Positions 41,491 through 59,793 of a stretch of 64,000 nt of DNA are shown piece after piece. Every line of letters starts with the position of its first letter. Position 1 is the first letter of the stretch. The stretch lies in NCBI RefSeq assembly GCF_009914755.1, contig NC_060930.1; one strand, 5' to 3'. This DNA comes from the human T2T-CHM13v2.0 reference genome, Homo sapiens. The notes below the pieces were generated by a model. It searched no databases, was not told the origin of the DNA, and saw only the letters and a program-made list of their open reading frames with translations. The translations under genes were made by a program, and so were the position numbers.

Positions 41491-42625
41491 TATTGTCACA
41501 AATTTAAATGTCCTCAGGACAAGGACAATTCAGATTGCATAAGCAATAGAGAATGGCAGGACCTGTGGCTGAAATGGAGAAGACGAAATTTTAATTTTAG
41601 GCCTGGAGCCAAGATGGCGGAATAGGAACAGCTCCAGTCTGCAGCTCCCAGCGTGAGCGACGCAGAAGACAGGTGATTTCTGCATTTCCAACTGAGGTAC
41701 TGGGTTCATTTCACTGGGAGTGTCGGAAAGTGGTTGCAGGACAGTGGGTGCAGCACACCCAGCGTGACCCAAAGCAGGGCGAGGCATCACCTCACCTGGG
41801 AAGCGCAAGGGGTCAGGGAATTCCCTTTCCTAGTCAAAGAAAGGGGTGACAGACGGCACCTGGAAAATCGGGTCACTCCCACCCTAATACTGTGCTTTTC
41901 CAATGGTCTTAGCAAAAGGCACACCAGGAGATTATATCCTGCGACTGGCCCTGAAGGTCCTACGCCCATGGAGCCTCGCTCATTGCTAGCACAGCAGTCT
42001 GAGATCAAACTACAAGGCTACAGCAAGGCTGGGGGAAGGGCGCCCGCCATTGCCCAAGCTTGAGTAGGTAAACAAAGCAGCCGGGAAACTCGAACTGGGT
42101 GGAGCCCACCGCAGCTCAAGGAGGCCTGCCTGCCTCTGTAGACTCTACCTCTGGGGGCAGGGCATTGCCAAACAAAAGGCAGCAGAATCATCTGCAGACT
42201 TAAATGTCCCTGTCTGACAGCTTTGAAGAGAGTAGTGGTTCTCCCAGCACGCAGCTGCAGATCTGAGAACGGGCAGACTGCCTCCTCAAGTGGGTCCCTG
42301 ACTCCCGAGTAGCCTAACTGGGAGGCACCCGCCAGTAGGGGCAGACTGACAACTCACACGGCCGGGTACTCCTCTGAGACAAAACTTCCAGAGGAACGAT
42401 CAAGCAGCAACATTTGCTGTTCACCAATATCCACTGTTCTGCAGGATCCGCTGCTGATACCCAGGCAAACAGGGTCTGGAGTGGACCTCCAGCAAACTCC
42501 AACAGGCGTGCAGCTGAGGGTCCTGACTGTTAAAAGAAAAACTAGCAAACAGAAAGGACATCCACACCAAAACCCCATCTGTACGTCACTATCATCAAAG
42601 ACCAAAGGTAGATAAAACCACAAAG

Positions 42626-43642
42626 ATGGGGAAAAAGCAGAGCAGAAAAACTGGAAACTCTAAAAAGCAGAGCGCCTCTCCTCCTCCAAAGGAACGCAGC
42701 TCCTCACCAGCAATGGCACAAAGCTGGACAGAGAATGACTTTGACGAGTTGAGAGAAGAAGCCTTCAGACAATCAAACTACTCCGAGCTAAAGGAGGAAG
42801 TTCGAACCCATGGCAAAGAAGTTAAAAACCTTGAAAAAAAATTAGACGAATGGCTAACTAGAATAACCAATGCAGAGAAGTCCTTAAAGGACCTGATGGA
42901 GCTGAAAACCATGGCACAAGAACTATATGACAAATGCACAAGCCTCAGTACCCAATTCGATCAACTGGAAGAAAGGGTACCAGTGATGGAAGATCAAATG
43001 AATGAAATGAAGTGAGAAGAGAAGTTTAGAGAAAAAAGAATAAAAAGAAATGAACAAAGCCTCCAAGAAATATGGGACTATGTGAAAAGACCAAATCTAC
43101 GTCTGATTGGTGTACCTGAAAGTGACGGGGAGAATGGAACCAAGCTGGAAAACACTCTGCAGGATATTATCCAGGAGAACTTCTCCAATCTAGCAAGGCG
43201 GGCCAACATTCAAATTCAGGAAATACAGAGAAAGCCACAAAGATACTCCTCGAGAAGAGCAACTCCAAGACACATAATTGTCAGATTCACGAAAGTTGAA
43301 ATGAAGGAAAAAATGTTAAGGGCAGCCAGAGAGAAAGGTCGGGTTACCCACAAAGGGAAGCCCATCAGACTCACAGCTGATCTCTTGGCAGAAACTCTAA
43401 AAGCCAGAAGAGAGTGGGGGCCAATATTCAACATTCTTAAAGAAAAGAATTTTCAGTGCAGAATTTCATATCCAGCCAAACTAAGCTTCATAAGTGAAGG
43501 AGAAATAAAATCCTTTACAGACAAGCAAATGCTGAGAGATTTTGTCACCACCAGGCCTGCCCTACAAGAGCTCCTGAAGGAAGCACTAAACATGGAAAGG
43601 AACAACCGGTACCAGCCACTGCAAAAACATGCCAAATTGTAA
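42626..43642 (+). pseudogene. L1 ORF1p with an in-frame premature TGA at 43013-43015
   Basis: MGKKQSRKTGNSKKQSASPPPKERSS...QMNEMK*, then the same frame resumes to ...YQPLQKHAKL. Confidence 0.95.
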
Positions 43643-43705
43643 AGACCTTCGAGGCTAGGAAGAAACTGCATCAACTAACGAGCAAAATAACCAACTAACA
43701 TCATA

Positions 43706-47539
<3,834 letters not shown>

Positions 47540-48094
47540 ACAATGAGAACACATGGACACAGGAAGGGGAACATCACACACTGGGGCCTGTTGTGGGGTG
47601 GGGGGAGGGGGGAGGGTTAGCATTAGGAGATATACCTAATGCTAGATGACGAGTTAATGGGTGCAGCACACCAGCATGGCACATGTATACATATGTAACT
47701 AACCTGCACGTTGCACACATGTACCCTAAAACTTAAAGTATAATAAAAAAAGTTTAAATTTTTAAAAAATGCTGTGCTGACCAGAAAAAACTGTCAGCTC
47801 TTGAATGCCATATAAAACTGGCACTCTGCTAACATCATTATGTGAATTATCTCTTCTACTCATTATAATAAAATGTACAAGGTAGATAGTATTATCATAT
47901 CCTCTTTCCCACTGAGAAAACTGGGGTTCAGATAAGTAATTTGCTAATAAGAAGCAGATTCAGAATGTGGAGACAGGCATTCTGGTTACATACTCTGTGA
48001 TCTTAATCACAATAACATGCAAATTATATATATCATATAAGCAACTAGCAATTTTTTCCCTATAGATTGGAAATCATGTAACATTTGGAAACAT

Positions 48095-48400
48095 CTAGAG
48101 CAACATTATCCTATAGATATTCAATGTGGGCTGCATATATAAATTTAAACTTTCTTGTAGCCTTATTTAAAAAAAGTAAAAAGAAACAGATTAATTTTAA
48201 TAATATGTATTATTTAACCCAACATTTAAAAATATTATTGTAACTTATAATTAGTGTAAAAATTACTAATGAGATATTTTAAATTTTTTAATACTAAGTC
48301 TTAGGAATCTGGTGTTGGTTTACACTGAAATCACATCTCAATTAAGAGTAGCCACATTTAAAGGGCTCAGTAGCCACTTGTGGATTATAGCTACCATATT
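48095..48400. mobile_element. MER33-like hAT-Charlie MITE
   Basis: aaaaaagtaaaaagaaacagattaattttaataatat...tactaagtctt...tctggtgt...tagccacatttaaagggctcagtagccacttgtgg. Confidence 0.7.
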
Positions 48401-49900
48401 GTTTATTAAAGATGCAGATGATTGGCTACTTTTTAATATTTAATTTTTCCTTGGTATCCTATAGCATTATGATTTAATTAAACTTCCATTCTCTTCTGTG
48501 TAAAGCAGAAACTCGCCCAATATGATAATTACAGGGGTGGGGCTGCCAGCAGGTGCCTCTCTTCTGATCTCATTAAGAAGTTTGTATGAACTCTCAGCAC
48601 AAAGAGTTTGAGGTTCTGTGGATTTATGACCTAAGTTATATAGGGTTTACACATATGTACTGATGTTACCTAAAATATCCCTTCCTATAACATTCTCTTT
48701 ATGAACCAGTTTTGTGGATGGAATATTTATATGTTTTTGCTATGAACATAAGCATTATAAAAGAACTATGCTTTGTGCTGCTAGCTTAAATGAATTTGGA
48801 AAGCAAAGTGGAAAAACTATAACTTTATGATAAACGTTACCACCTTCCTTTAACACATGATTATATTTTATAGTTCAAAATGAATGAAACATTGAGGCAC
48901 TTGTGCAGAATATATAAAAGCACAGAGGCAGTGAAGAAAAGCAAAAATTACATTTAAGCTTATTATTTATGATAAAACAAACAAAATATTCTCAGACAGC
49001 TGCAGCATCAGCTCAAGTGAAAAATATGCTAACCTGTCAGCAACCTCCACCCAATAATCCTGCCAGGACAAAATTAAACAAAATAATCACCTCAAATTAT
49101 TAAAGTCTAAGTCTTTAGGGGAATGCCCTACATTATAACTTAAATGACTAAATTGTAAGCATAACTTTGTAGCCACATGTCTTTTTACTTCTATACTGTA
49201 TAATTGTATACACATGTATCCAGTGTTATGCAATAGACTTGCTCCTTTAAAAATAGAGTGCAAATTCTATATTAAAACTCCTTTACATGCTATGAGGGAG
49301 CTTACTATTTTAAAGGTTCTTTTATAATACAATTAATTATCCCCTAATTCTCCTCTTTGGCAAGGTAAAGTTTTAACATAGGATTTTTCTAGTTTTGAAA
49401 AATAATGTCCCAGAAAGTATGGAGAAGAGAGAAAACTATTACTGTGGGCACATAATCAAGGCTGCCACTCTTGCACTGCACACTATCCCCTCTCATGTAC
49501 ACAAACAGGTCACTCATGCGATTTTCTTTTTCCTGCCACTGGATGTCCTGTGAGCATACAAACATACTGTTATTTTTCCAATCTCAACAGCAAAAACAAA
49601 AAAAAGAAGCCCTCTCATAAACCCATTTTGACTTCCACTTACTACTTTTTTTCTCCCCTTGACAACAAAATGCCTTGAAGAGCATTGAACTTGGTATACT
49701 GTACTTTGAGTTTCAAAGTCCTTTCTTTAGGACTGATGAGTTCTATACTTTGTACCATTGTCAGAAAGCTTCTAATTATTACTATTAGTTTTCTTTAAAA
49801 GGAATAGGAATTAAGTGATCAAGAGTCTTTCCCAGAGTAGGGAAAACTGGCACAGATGAATGTTTAAATGTTTGTCTTCCTCTGTCAAAAATATCTTGTG

Positions 49901-50199
49901 GGCTGGGCATGGTGCCTCACAACTGCAATCCCAGCATTTTAGGAGGCTCAAGTGAAAGAATCACCTGAGGCTAGGAACTTGAGACCAGATGGGGCAACAT
50001 AGCAAGACCCTTCTCTAAAAAAAATAATAATAATTAGCTGGGCACGATGACACATGCCTGTAGTCCTAGCTACTTGTGAGTCTAAGGCAAGAGGATTGCT
50101 TGAGCCCATGATTTAGAGGCTGCAGTGAACTGTGATCACACTATTACACTCCAGCCTTCCCGACAGAGCGAGACCCCATCTCTAAAAAAAAAAAAAAAA
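49901..50199 (+). mobile_element. AluJ-like SINE
   Basis: ggctgggcatggtg...ggggcaacatagcaagaccc...gaggctgcagtgaactgtgatc...poly-A. Confidence 0.9.
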
Positions 50200-50214
50200 T
50201 TGCCACTTTGCCAC

Positions 50215-50628
50215 TGTATTAGTTTGTTATGGCTGCTATGAAAAAGCACCACAAACTGGATGGCTTAGAAATGTATTTTCTCACAGTTTTTGATTCTGGA
50301 AGTCCAAAGTCACATTGTTGGTGTGGCGATGCTGTCTGTGAAGGTGCTAGGGAAAGATCTGTTTCATGCCCGTCTCTTTCCTTCTGGTGGCCTCAGACAA
50401 TTCTTGGCTTGTAGTTGGCTGTCTTCCTCCTGTGTCTCTTCACATGACTGTGTCCAAATTTTTTGTTTTCATAAGGACACCAATCATTGAATCAGAGGCC
50501 ACTATAACAACCTCGTTTTAAATTGTTTCCCTCTCCAAAGACCCTATTTCCAAATAAGGTCACACTTTGAGGTACTGAGTGTTGGGACTTCAACATATCT
50601 TTTTGGGGACACAATTCAACTCATAACA
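50215..50628 (-). mobile_element. MLT1 (MaLR) solo LTR, MLT1B/C-like
   Basis: tgtattagttt...accacaaactggatggcttag...ccctatttccaaataaggtcacac...gggacacaattcaactcataaca. Confidence 0.8.
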
Positions 50629-52944
50629 ACTGCAATACAAAATCCGGTTTTCCTTTGACTCATATCTAGGGATATGGACCTCAAATACGTTGGAGAAGTT
50701 TGGTCAGTTCTTCATAAGAGGGTCTGCAAATTCATGAGGACTTTAACTAGATAAAGTAATTGTTCAAAATTGTCTAACTTACCCTAATGTCCCTTATGAA
50801 AAAAATGCAGAGATTCTATGGAATTTTTTTTATCCATCTATCTATCCATCTATCTTCATCTATCTATGCATTCATCTAAACATCCACGTTTATTTCATAA
50901 AAATGTTTTGGGCACCTACTGTGTATTTACTATCGTGCAAGGCACTGAGGATAGAGACATATGCTGGCAAAATTCAGTAGTCTTTGCTTTCAGGGAATTA
51001 TAATGTAGATGGTAAAACAAGCTATAACATGAAAAGTGAAGTAATACATTAAGAGATGTTATATGTCATTTCGTAGTTTAAGTCGTTAATGGCTGTGTAT
51101 TCTGAGTGGGAATATCACTGAACAATGGTGGCAGCAAAATTCTTGAGAAAAGTATGACATATTGGCTCAAATCAACTTTTTGCTTTTCTTGAATTCTCCT
51201 TATGACAATCTTTTTTCCAAATTGACACCCTGGTTTTGAAGCCCCTGGTATAGCTTGGTCAAGTTCTACATAATCTCAAATTCCACATTGCTCCTTTCTC
51301 CCATTGGGGGTAAGGGCAAGGTGGTCACAGTGCCACTTGTAAGCCCAGCCCAGTCTAAGTTCTAGGCCCAATTCCCACGTGAACAGCATCAAGACACTTA
51401 AGCTCTAAACTGGCTCTGCCCATCCATGACACTTTCATCAACTGGTATATTCCCTCCTTATCACAGCAGCTGTTGCAGGAAGCACAGATGATCTAGAAAG
51501 TATAGGGTCAGCCTCTTCCGTATAATTTTTGGGAGTTCAGTGGTCTGTGGGCATATGGGAATATCTACTGTCTTACTCACCTAATTCTCCACACTCCATG
51601 GCAATTCTATAGGTTGCTCTTCATCCTTTTAGTGCATATAGTTTCCATTTAAATTATCAGAGTTAGTTTCTGTTACTTTTAAAAAGAATTCTGATTAATA
51701 CACTCCCTTCCTCCGAATCTGAAGCTTGAGAAAGTTTCAAGCCCTTCACAATTCCTAAGGGGATAACATGATATGATTTATTGCCTCCTCCACATTTCCA
51801 GAAGGACTACCTAAATAATTACCCAGTGTCATGAAAACTGCTGACTTTTTCCAATTAATGCCTGCCAGGATCTCTGATACTCTATATTCCCATCCTTGTC
51901 TATCATTCATCCCCTCTGATATGTTTAGAGTATCCTTTGAATAGTATCATGGCCTTTCTTCCTAGGTGCATTCCCTTCCAATTCTGTTAGCTGAGCCCAG
52001 CATCTCCCACTTCTCTTATCTTTATGTCACCAATTATTTTGTGTCTATCAATGCAACATTTCACATCTCCTTTTCTTTCTCTTGTGATTATGGCTGTGCT
52101 TCCATATTACATTTGCTACTTGCATTATTCTTGCCACTATCCTCATCCTTTCAACATTAATCCAAAACTAAGCTTCAGAATCCTCTAGGAGAAATCCCAC
52201 TCACATCTATTTAATCTGAATCTTTGTCAGTGGAGCCCTGTGAAGGGAATATATATTTTTATACATCCTCCAAATCATTTATTCATAGCCATTTAGAATA
52301 TATCACCTCAGATCATAGCATTCTTCTCAATAGGCCTCCCTTCTCTTTTCATTTAGAGCTCTGTGTACTCAGTTTTGATTGCTAACATCCACAGTCACTC
52401 CAGAGCCAAGGGATTTGGACCTTCACTGCCTCCAAAGAAGAAATGAATTCTAATCTGTTTTATGACACCATTGACTTGTTCATATCCCCATGGAATGGAA
52501 CCACATAGACCAACCAGAGTTGTATGGGCTTTTTTTAAGGTGCAGGAATGGCTCCTGTCTTCTTATCATCTACCCATTCTCAGTTCCAGAATAACAAGCC
52601 CAAGAGTTTTCTTTGTATCATGTCCCCTGTAATATCCTTCTGTATCATCATCCTTTGTAAATACTGATACATAACATTATACCTATTTATATAATTATTT
52701 GATATGCATTAGTCTTTTTCATGATAGGTTTCTGGAAAACAGGGGCTGCATTTTGTAGTATGCATAGAATAGTTCCTGGCATATAGTAAACATTCAATAA
52801 ATATGTATTAAATAAGTGAATAAATATCTCTGCCTAAGTATTTCATGGATCCCTCAAATATACCATTTTTGCATGTTTAAAAATGAAATATTATCTTTTC
52901 TCCAAAGTTATCATCTCCTTCTTTATGAGTTGTCTTTTTTCCAT

Positions 52945-53540
52945 AAATTTTTAATTTAAGAATAGTTTTAAATTTATAGTCATTCATGTTTACTGTCTCT
53001 ATGGTTTTGCCTCTTCCACAATGTCATATACATAGAATAGTACAGTATGTCATTTTTCAGACTGACTTTGTTCACATGGAATATGCCTTTATATTCATCC
53101 ATGTTTTTGTATGACTTGTTAGCCCATTCTTTTTTTTTTTTTTTTGCAGAATATTCTATGTATGTAGCACAGTCTGTATACCATTCACCCGCTGGAGGAC
53201 ATTTCAGTAGCTTCTAAATTTTAGCAATTATGAATAAAACTGCCATCAACAGTTATCTGTAATTTTTGTGTGGACCTAAGTTTTCAAATCAGTTGGAATA
53301 AATTTTCTAGGATACAATGACCCGATAAGATTGCTTAGTCCCTGAAACTGCAAACTATCATTCAAAGTGACTGTACTATTTTACAGTCCCACCAGCAGTG
53401 AATGAGAGTCCTTGTTTCACATCCTCACCAACAATTGGTATTGTCATATTTTTTCCCTGGATTTTGCCATTCTAATATATGTGCAGTGGTATCTCTGTTG
53501 TTTTAATTTGCATTTCTGTAATGACAAATGATGAGCTTTG
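52945..53540 (-). mobile_element. Old L1M (MC/MD-type) 3' fragment
   Basis: gttttgcctcttccacaatgtcatata...gaatagtacagtatg; cccaccagcagtgaatgagagtcc; gccattctaata. Confidence 0.65.
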
Positions 53541-55799
53541 GATTGTGTTTGACTTTTTGACTAGCTACATCTTATTCAGCTCTGTCTTCTCAGTTCCTAG
53601 ACTACCTGGTACAGAACACATATTCCTTAAATTTGTCAGCTAGCTGACTGACTGGGGATCTAGGGCCAAAATTGGTGGTTATGGTCTTCAGAATGGAATT
53701 CGTGCCATATTTTGCCATTTCAAGGCTTAAAGCAGTGCCAGGAGTATAGTAGCCTGATGATAGGCTTGCAGATATTAACTGTGGAAAGCCCAAAATTAAA
53801 TATGAGCCTCATTCATTTGCTTATTCTCTAGTATTTGCTGAACACTATAGACTAAATGCTTTCTCCCCCCTGCCCCACTCCCCTGTCCATCTCCTATTCT
53901 ACAGGTTAAGATGAGAGCTGGAAAACATTTGCTTATTCCGCCTAGCATGAGACTATTTGTATTTTCAAAAATGAAATGAAAATAAAATCCATCTCTTTTT
54001 TTCATTAATGGACTTCACATTTGGTCTCAGTGGAATACTGTTTATAGCTGTCTCAAACATTAATGCATACCCTCTCCAAGGATTTTATTCTTTTCTAAAA
54101 TGTAAGTCCATAAGAGCTTAAGAGTGAGTTCTCGAGAAGAAATAAACAGCGAGGAAAAAAAATAAATCCAAAAGGCACACAATTAAGAAACTATACCAGG
54201 CATCCTTCCACATGCTCACAAATCCAATGATTTGCTTACTGAAAGTGTATTGACTCGTGTGCCTCTCACATCATTTGCTCGACTCTAGTATTACACAGAA
54301 GGACACATACACACACAACCTCAAAGCTCTGCTATTTTAAAATCCCAAAAGGCCACTGGATTTGAATTGGTGGATATTGAATAAATTTGGGTGAAGGGGA
54401 GGCAGAGAGCAAGTGAAAGGATTTTAACTGTTCAGCAAGCCACACATATGAGGCACTGAGACTGGGCTGGACACCTTCCAGGGGTATCAGGATTGCAATC
54501 TTAGAGGACACATTGTGAGCCAAGCTTAGTGTCCTAATGAAGGGGTGGAGCTTTCGCTCTTGGTTCCTGTCCAGAATTACCTCAGTTACAGGTTTGCTTA
54601 TGTCTTAAGATTTTAATCCCTTTAAAAATTACTATGAGACCTTTGTGGTACACTGGGATGGGATTCTTCTAAGAATGGTGTTCATGAGGACATCAGATGA
54701 CTAAACATTAGGAAAGGGGTACAGGGAAGGGAGAAGGTGGGAGGAAGAGGAAAAGAATTTAATTTCTAGGGGTAGCTTTGCTTTCCCATAAGCAAATATT
54801 ATATATCACAACACTACATTTAAAATAGTTTCTCAGGAATAACTTATTTCTTTTATTCTGTGGTAATCATGATAATGCAAACTCCAATAATTTACTGTTT
54901 TTATCTAAACTAATACTGGATCCAGAAGCCTCGCTATCTCCTCGTTGCCCTAATTCTTGTAAATGATCTTTAGTTGGCATAAGTGAAAATGGAAGTCTCA
55001 TGAAAAATACCTAATGTGAATATTATGCATTTTGGCATCTTCTTTTTCTATTCACCTAACTTTGAAGTCCTCCTTATTTTGATCCCGTGAGCTTTTTGTG
55101 CTGTTCTCCTGTCATACTGTACCGTCAGATTCTCCTGCTCATGTCTATATATTCTTAGGACTTTTCTTCTTTCCTTTGTTTACCTGTTCCTCTACCAAGA
55201 ATGTTCTCCTCCCAAATGTTTGAATGTTCTGATATACCTGTGGGTTCCTGCTGGGCACACTCTCTTTCTCCTCTAGGCAAGCTTAGTGATAGAAAAAGCA
55301 AGCATCAGTGCTTGCCAAGGCATGTTAATCTTTTAAGGCTGTTAATAGTTTCTGTGTTATTTTATACTTAATTGTTTTTTTTGTTTCTCCATGATTACAT
55401 TAGATTATGTATGTGTGTATGATTCATCTCTGCTTCTGCCAGAGCTCCTAGCCTAAATTCTATGTGCAGATTTGGACCCAGCAAAGGTATAGCATAAACA
55501 TTCATATGGTCATTTGTTTGTGCATTCATTTATTTATGTATTCATCCAATGGATAATACATACCTAAGGGACTTAGTCTTAATGGATAATGTCCATTGGA
55601 TGAATACGTAAATAAATGAAAGCACAAACAAATGAAGATATGAATGTTTATGCTATACCTTTGCTGGGTCTAATTCTACTTTTCTATCCAGCTACTTTTG
55701 AAGCCAGCTCACAAGTTTGTTTTTACTTGTGGAAAATCACTATGTTCTTTTTATTTCCTACAAATAGTTCCAGAAGGTACACAGAGGAACTCTTTTTGA

Positions 55800-56228
55800 G
55801 ACCTTAATGAAGCAAGTGGCTATGTTGGAGAAGGCTATGTGGCAAAAGAACAACAGAATAGCTCTAGGGACTGTGGGCATCCTATAAAACCCAAGGGTGG
55901 CCTCTAGCCAACAGCCAGAAAAAAATTGGGGATATTCAGTCATATGGCTGCAAAGAAATGAATTCTGCCAACATCTTTAATTAGCTTGCAAGTGAATTCT
56001 TCCCCTGTTGAGTTTTCAGTTGAAAGTGCATCCTATCTATAAAAATTGAAAATAAAATAAATTAAAAGAAGAAAATGTATCCTGACCAACACCTTGATTA
56101 CAGAGTTGTGAGATCCTGAGCAGGAGACCCAGCTAGCTTTACATGGAATAAACTGATAATATTTCTTCATTGTTTTAAACAGCTAAGATTGGGGGAATTT
56201 GTTATACAGTAATAGAAAAATTAATATA
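55800..56228 (+). mobile_element. MLT1 (G/H-like) MaLR LTR
   Basis: gcctctagccaacagccag...gaaatgaattctgccaac...ccaacaccttgatt...gagatcctgagcag...gggaatttgttatacagtaatagaaaa. Confidence 0.7.
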
Positions 56229-57429
56229 ATGCTTTTGGTCATCTACATGATATAGGAATTGTGTCTTCAGACTTGTATTTTGTAGCTGACAACATCCTAA
56301 CCCACGGATTACAGTGTCCCAAGGCAGGAAGAAGAGGAGGGACTGTATCTTCTCACATGTCTCTTTTTCTAAAACAAAGAAATCGTTTTCCAGAGCTACT
56401 CCTTCCTAACTAGCAGTTTTGACCTTCCTTCTATTGCCCAGAATTGTACCTCATTCTCATTCCTGAACTGGCCACTACTAAAAGGAATGCTAATATCCTG
56501 ATCATCTTGGACTCATCCAGATTTTTCTCCTGGGCCTAGAGAGAGCCCAGCTACTTCTGTTACATGTTACTACTTGCAAGTTGAACAAAACTAGGGTTTT
56601 GGTGGCAAGAAAAAAGGAGTAGGTGATGATGTGGGTAGGCAATTACAATGTCTGCATCAGCAAGAACAATGTGGTTCCAGTTTTCCATTCGTAAAAGTAG
56701 GTACCTAGATTAGTTCAAGGTCTGTAGAAAGATCTGAACATTGATGGTTGCTTCCTGGAGCAACTATCAATGATAGACACATGGAATCCTCTGTGGATCC
56801 CAAAATCAAGCCCACCCTATTAAGCCTTGACACCAAACTGACCCCTGTGGCCCCAGGCTCTAATAGACCCTGGATCCAGGCCAATTCCAATAGACCCCAG
56901 TACCAGTATGGCCTCTTATGTGCTCAGGCTCCAGGACTACACCTGAAAATTGCAGACCCATGCACCCCTGCGAATCTGGACTCAGATTGGTCCCCATGGC
57001 TCCAGGCAACAGACCTACCTTCTTGGATGCAGGATCAAAGTCTGCCCCAATACCAGATCAGCTCCTATGAACCTAGGCCTTAGACAGGGCCCCACAGATA
57101 CAGTCTCCAATACCCCTCTCCTCCAGTGACCCAGCACCCAGTCCCACCACCATAAACTACAGTACTGGTCCTGCCTGTGTAGACCCAAACTCCAGGCATG
57201 TCTCAGTGGAACCAGGCAGTCTATTGATGATAAAAATTATAAATTATACAGTCTTATATGTATGTCAATTCTACTCAATAAAGCTGGAAGATAAATAAAA
57301 CAGGAAAAATAATTTTAAAAATTTAAAAATAAAAGAACGCTTTCTGCACTACGGTAAGATTCAGGGATAATTGTCAAAAGAACAGTTTCACTCAGGGCAA
57401 AGTTTCACTACTGACAACACTAGCATTGT

Positions 57430-57550
57430 TGATGGGATTGGTTTGCCTAGGACAGTCCTGGTTTTTCCCTTATGTTCTAGTGCAATTATAATTACTTCCT
57501 CTTACACACTTTTTATTCTGATTTGGATGATAAGCTATATGATAATCCTA
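57430..57550. mobile_element. MER94-like hAT-Blackjack MITE
   Basis: ggtttgcctaggacagtcctggttt...aattataat...gatttggatgataagctatatgataatccta. Confidence 0.55.
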
Positions 57551-59793
57551 ACTCTTGCTCCTGATAAGGTGTGATCATAGATTGCCTAGGACTACTTCTC
57601 TTTTTAAAAGACATTTCAGGTTCTAGGCTGCTTCCATGTGAACTACATAGTCCACACATTAGTCCTGGACTGCTACATAGAAATTTTTGTTTTTCTTTTT
57701 GTTTTTTGGTGGAATATTATGACCATGTAGAAAATTTTATTGTTACCAGCTATAATCTTCATTAATAACTGCAATTCTACATTTAGATATACATTAACTT
57801 TTTTCCCCCAAATTAAAATGCAGATACCCTTGCCCCAGAAAAAGTTAATTAGAATTAAAATTAGGTTAGAGAGGAACTTCAAGTCAGTTAGACCTATTGA
57901 ATAAAAAATGATTCCTTATTTTTAGATATTTATCATTCTTTCTCAGTTATGAAATGATTTATATGGGGTACAGGCCATTCATGTGAAATCTTTCATGAAA
58001 TCTAGGAAAATTCTATATCACTGATGCAATTCAAATGAACGTAAATAAAAGTGAATTTATAGTATCATTGAAAGTATAAATGCAAACAAGGTGATTTATC
58101 ATCTTTCCACAAATAATTTGGGCTGGATCTGTTGATATATTAACCTAGACATTATCTTGCATTTCCTGAGAACTGACATTGACTAAGGATCCTTTGATCA
58201 GAGTATATAAGAAAGGAACGATAAAAGAAAAACATATTTCAATAAAGCAAAAAGCAATATGGACATTATTTATTTCACAGTAAAATACAGTATAACTGGC
58301 AAAGTGTTGAAGCTGATAACTATTCATCATTAGGTAACTGATTTATCCCATTACAGACCAACACAAGCTTCTGCTCTCCTGTCATTAATTACATTTTACT
58401 ATAATTATATTATGATGCATATAAACTTAGAAATTATCATACTACAAAAATGATATAACAGCACATTTTATGCATCTTAATAAGCACAGACTCAGACTCT
58501 TAATCTTTTCAAAAACAGGGATGTTAATTCTACCCTTGTTCTGAACTTCATAATGCTTTTCATAGAAGACTACCATCTCTTTGTCTCCAACATTTCACAT
58601 GCCTCAAAAATCTATTTATGGAATGGAAGGTGGACATTTAGGGGTACTGTAGGACATAAAATTTGCTTCAATTCTTCTTAATCCTAAATAAGCCTTATTT
58701 TCCCAGTCTCAGTTTTAAGAGGTAAAAATATATCATCTTCTGCTTACTAAAGTACTAAAACTAGCAATTTTTCTTAAAAGATATTTTAAATATAGAATGA
58801 TTGCAAAACATTAGGCTTTCCCTTTTGTGTAAATGCTATAGGCAGCACATGACCCTGTGCCTGCTCTGACCTCTGTGCATTTCCTGAATAAACATCTAGA
58901 GTTTGATGTTCTATCATCAGCATGTAACTCATCACCTTAAAGGCATGATTAAACTAGAGAATCACAAAAGCCATTGGTACAAAATACAGGCATATAAGCA
59001 CAACAAAGGGAAATTTTCTGTCAAAGCAGTACCAAATTAATTTGCCCCTCCATACTTAATCATGCATGATAGGTTTTATTGCTGCTTCTGTCATCTTACT
59101 TTTATTAAGACTGCTATCAAATTCAAAATCCAATGATTTTATTAGCACAGGTGCCTAACAAATAAAAAGCAAAACATATTTTTGCATAGAAATTTAGAGT
59201 CATAGTTAATGACTTAATTTTTATTTTTGTCATTAAAGTTAGACTACAAAGGTAGGAAATTCTTATGGAAAATATCTTAATGTCTTTAAAAAGCAAATAT
59301 TATTAACATTGGTATATGTTCCTACTATTACTCTGTTCCACAATAGCTCTTTTAAAAAAAGTCCCCAAAAGCCTCATTTGACATAAGTTTTAGAGAACCA
59401 CCTGTGTGAAAACACAAAGACCAAGTATGCATAATACATACATTTAAAGTGACAATAATCAGAAGGTTAAAATGACCATGGAGCGAAGCCAAACAACACA
59501 GAGAACATTGCTCAATTTGCTCTTTTGTGCTCAGAAATTCAGTGGCTTAAGACAGACTCCCAAAGCACAAAGAGGTGTCTTGGAAGAATTTTTCCCCACC
59601 TGTGTGATCTCCACCAGCATTTCCCCTAAGTGACCATAAATAACTATATGTTAAAAAACAAAAATAAAAATGAATAAAACAAAAAAGTGCTTCTTATGCA
59701 AAAGCAACTTTAAGACAAGATCTCAAAGATACAACCACAGAACACATAGGGGGAACCTAAATTAGAAAAGCCTCAAAAAATATACTATAAGAA

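Noticed and set aside
47583-47616. G-quadruplex-forming G-tracts (also ~4309-4327 on minus)
   Set aside because: A real but standard feature of every L1PA 3'UTR, not specific to this locus.
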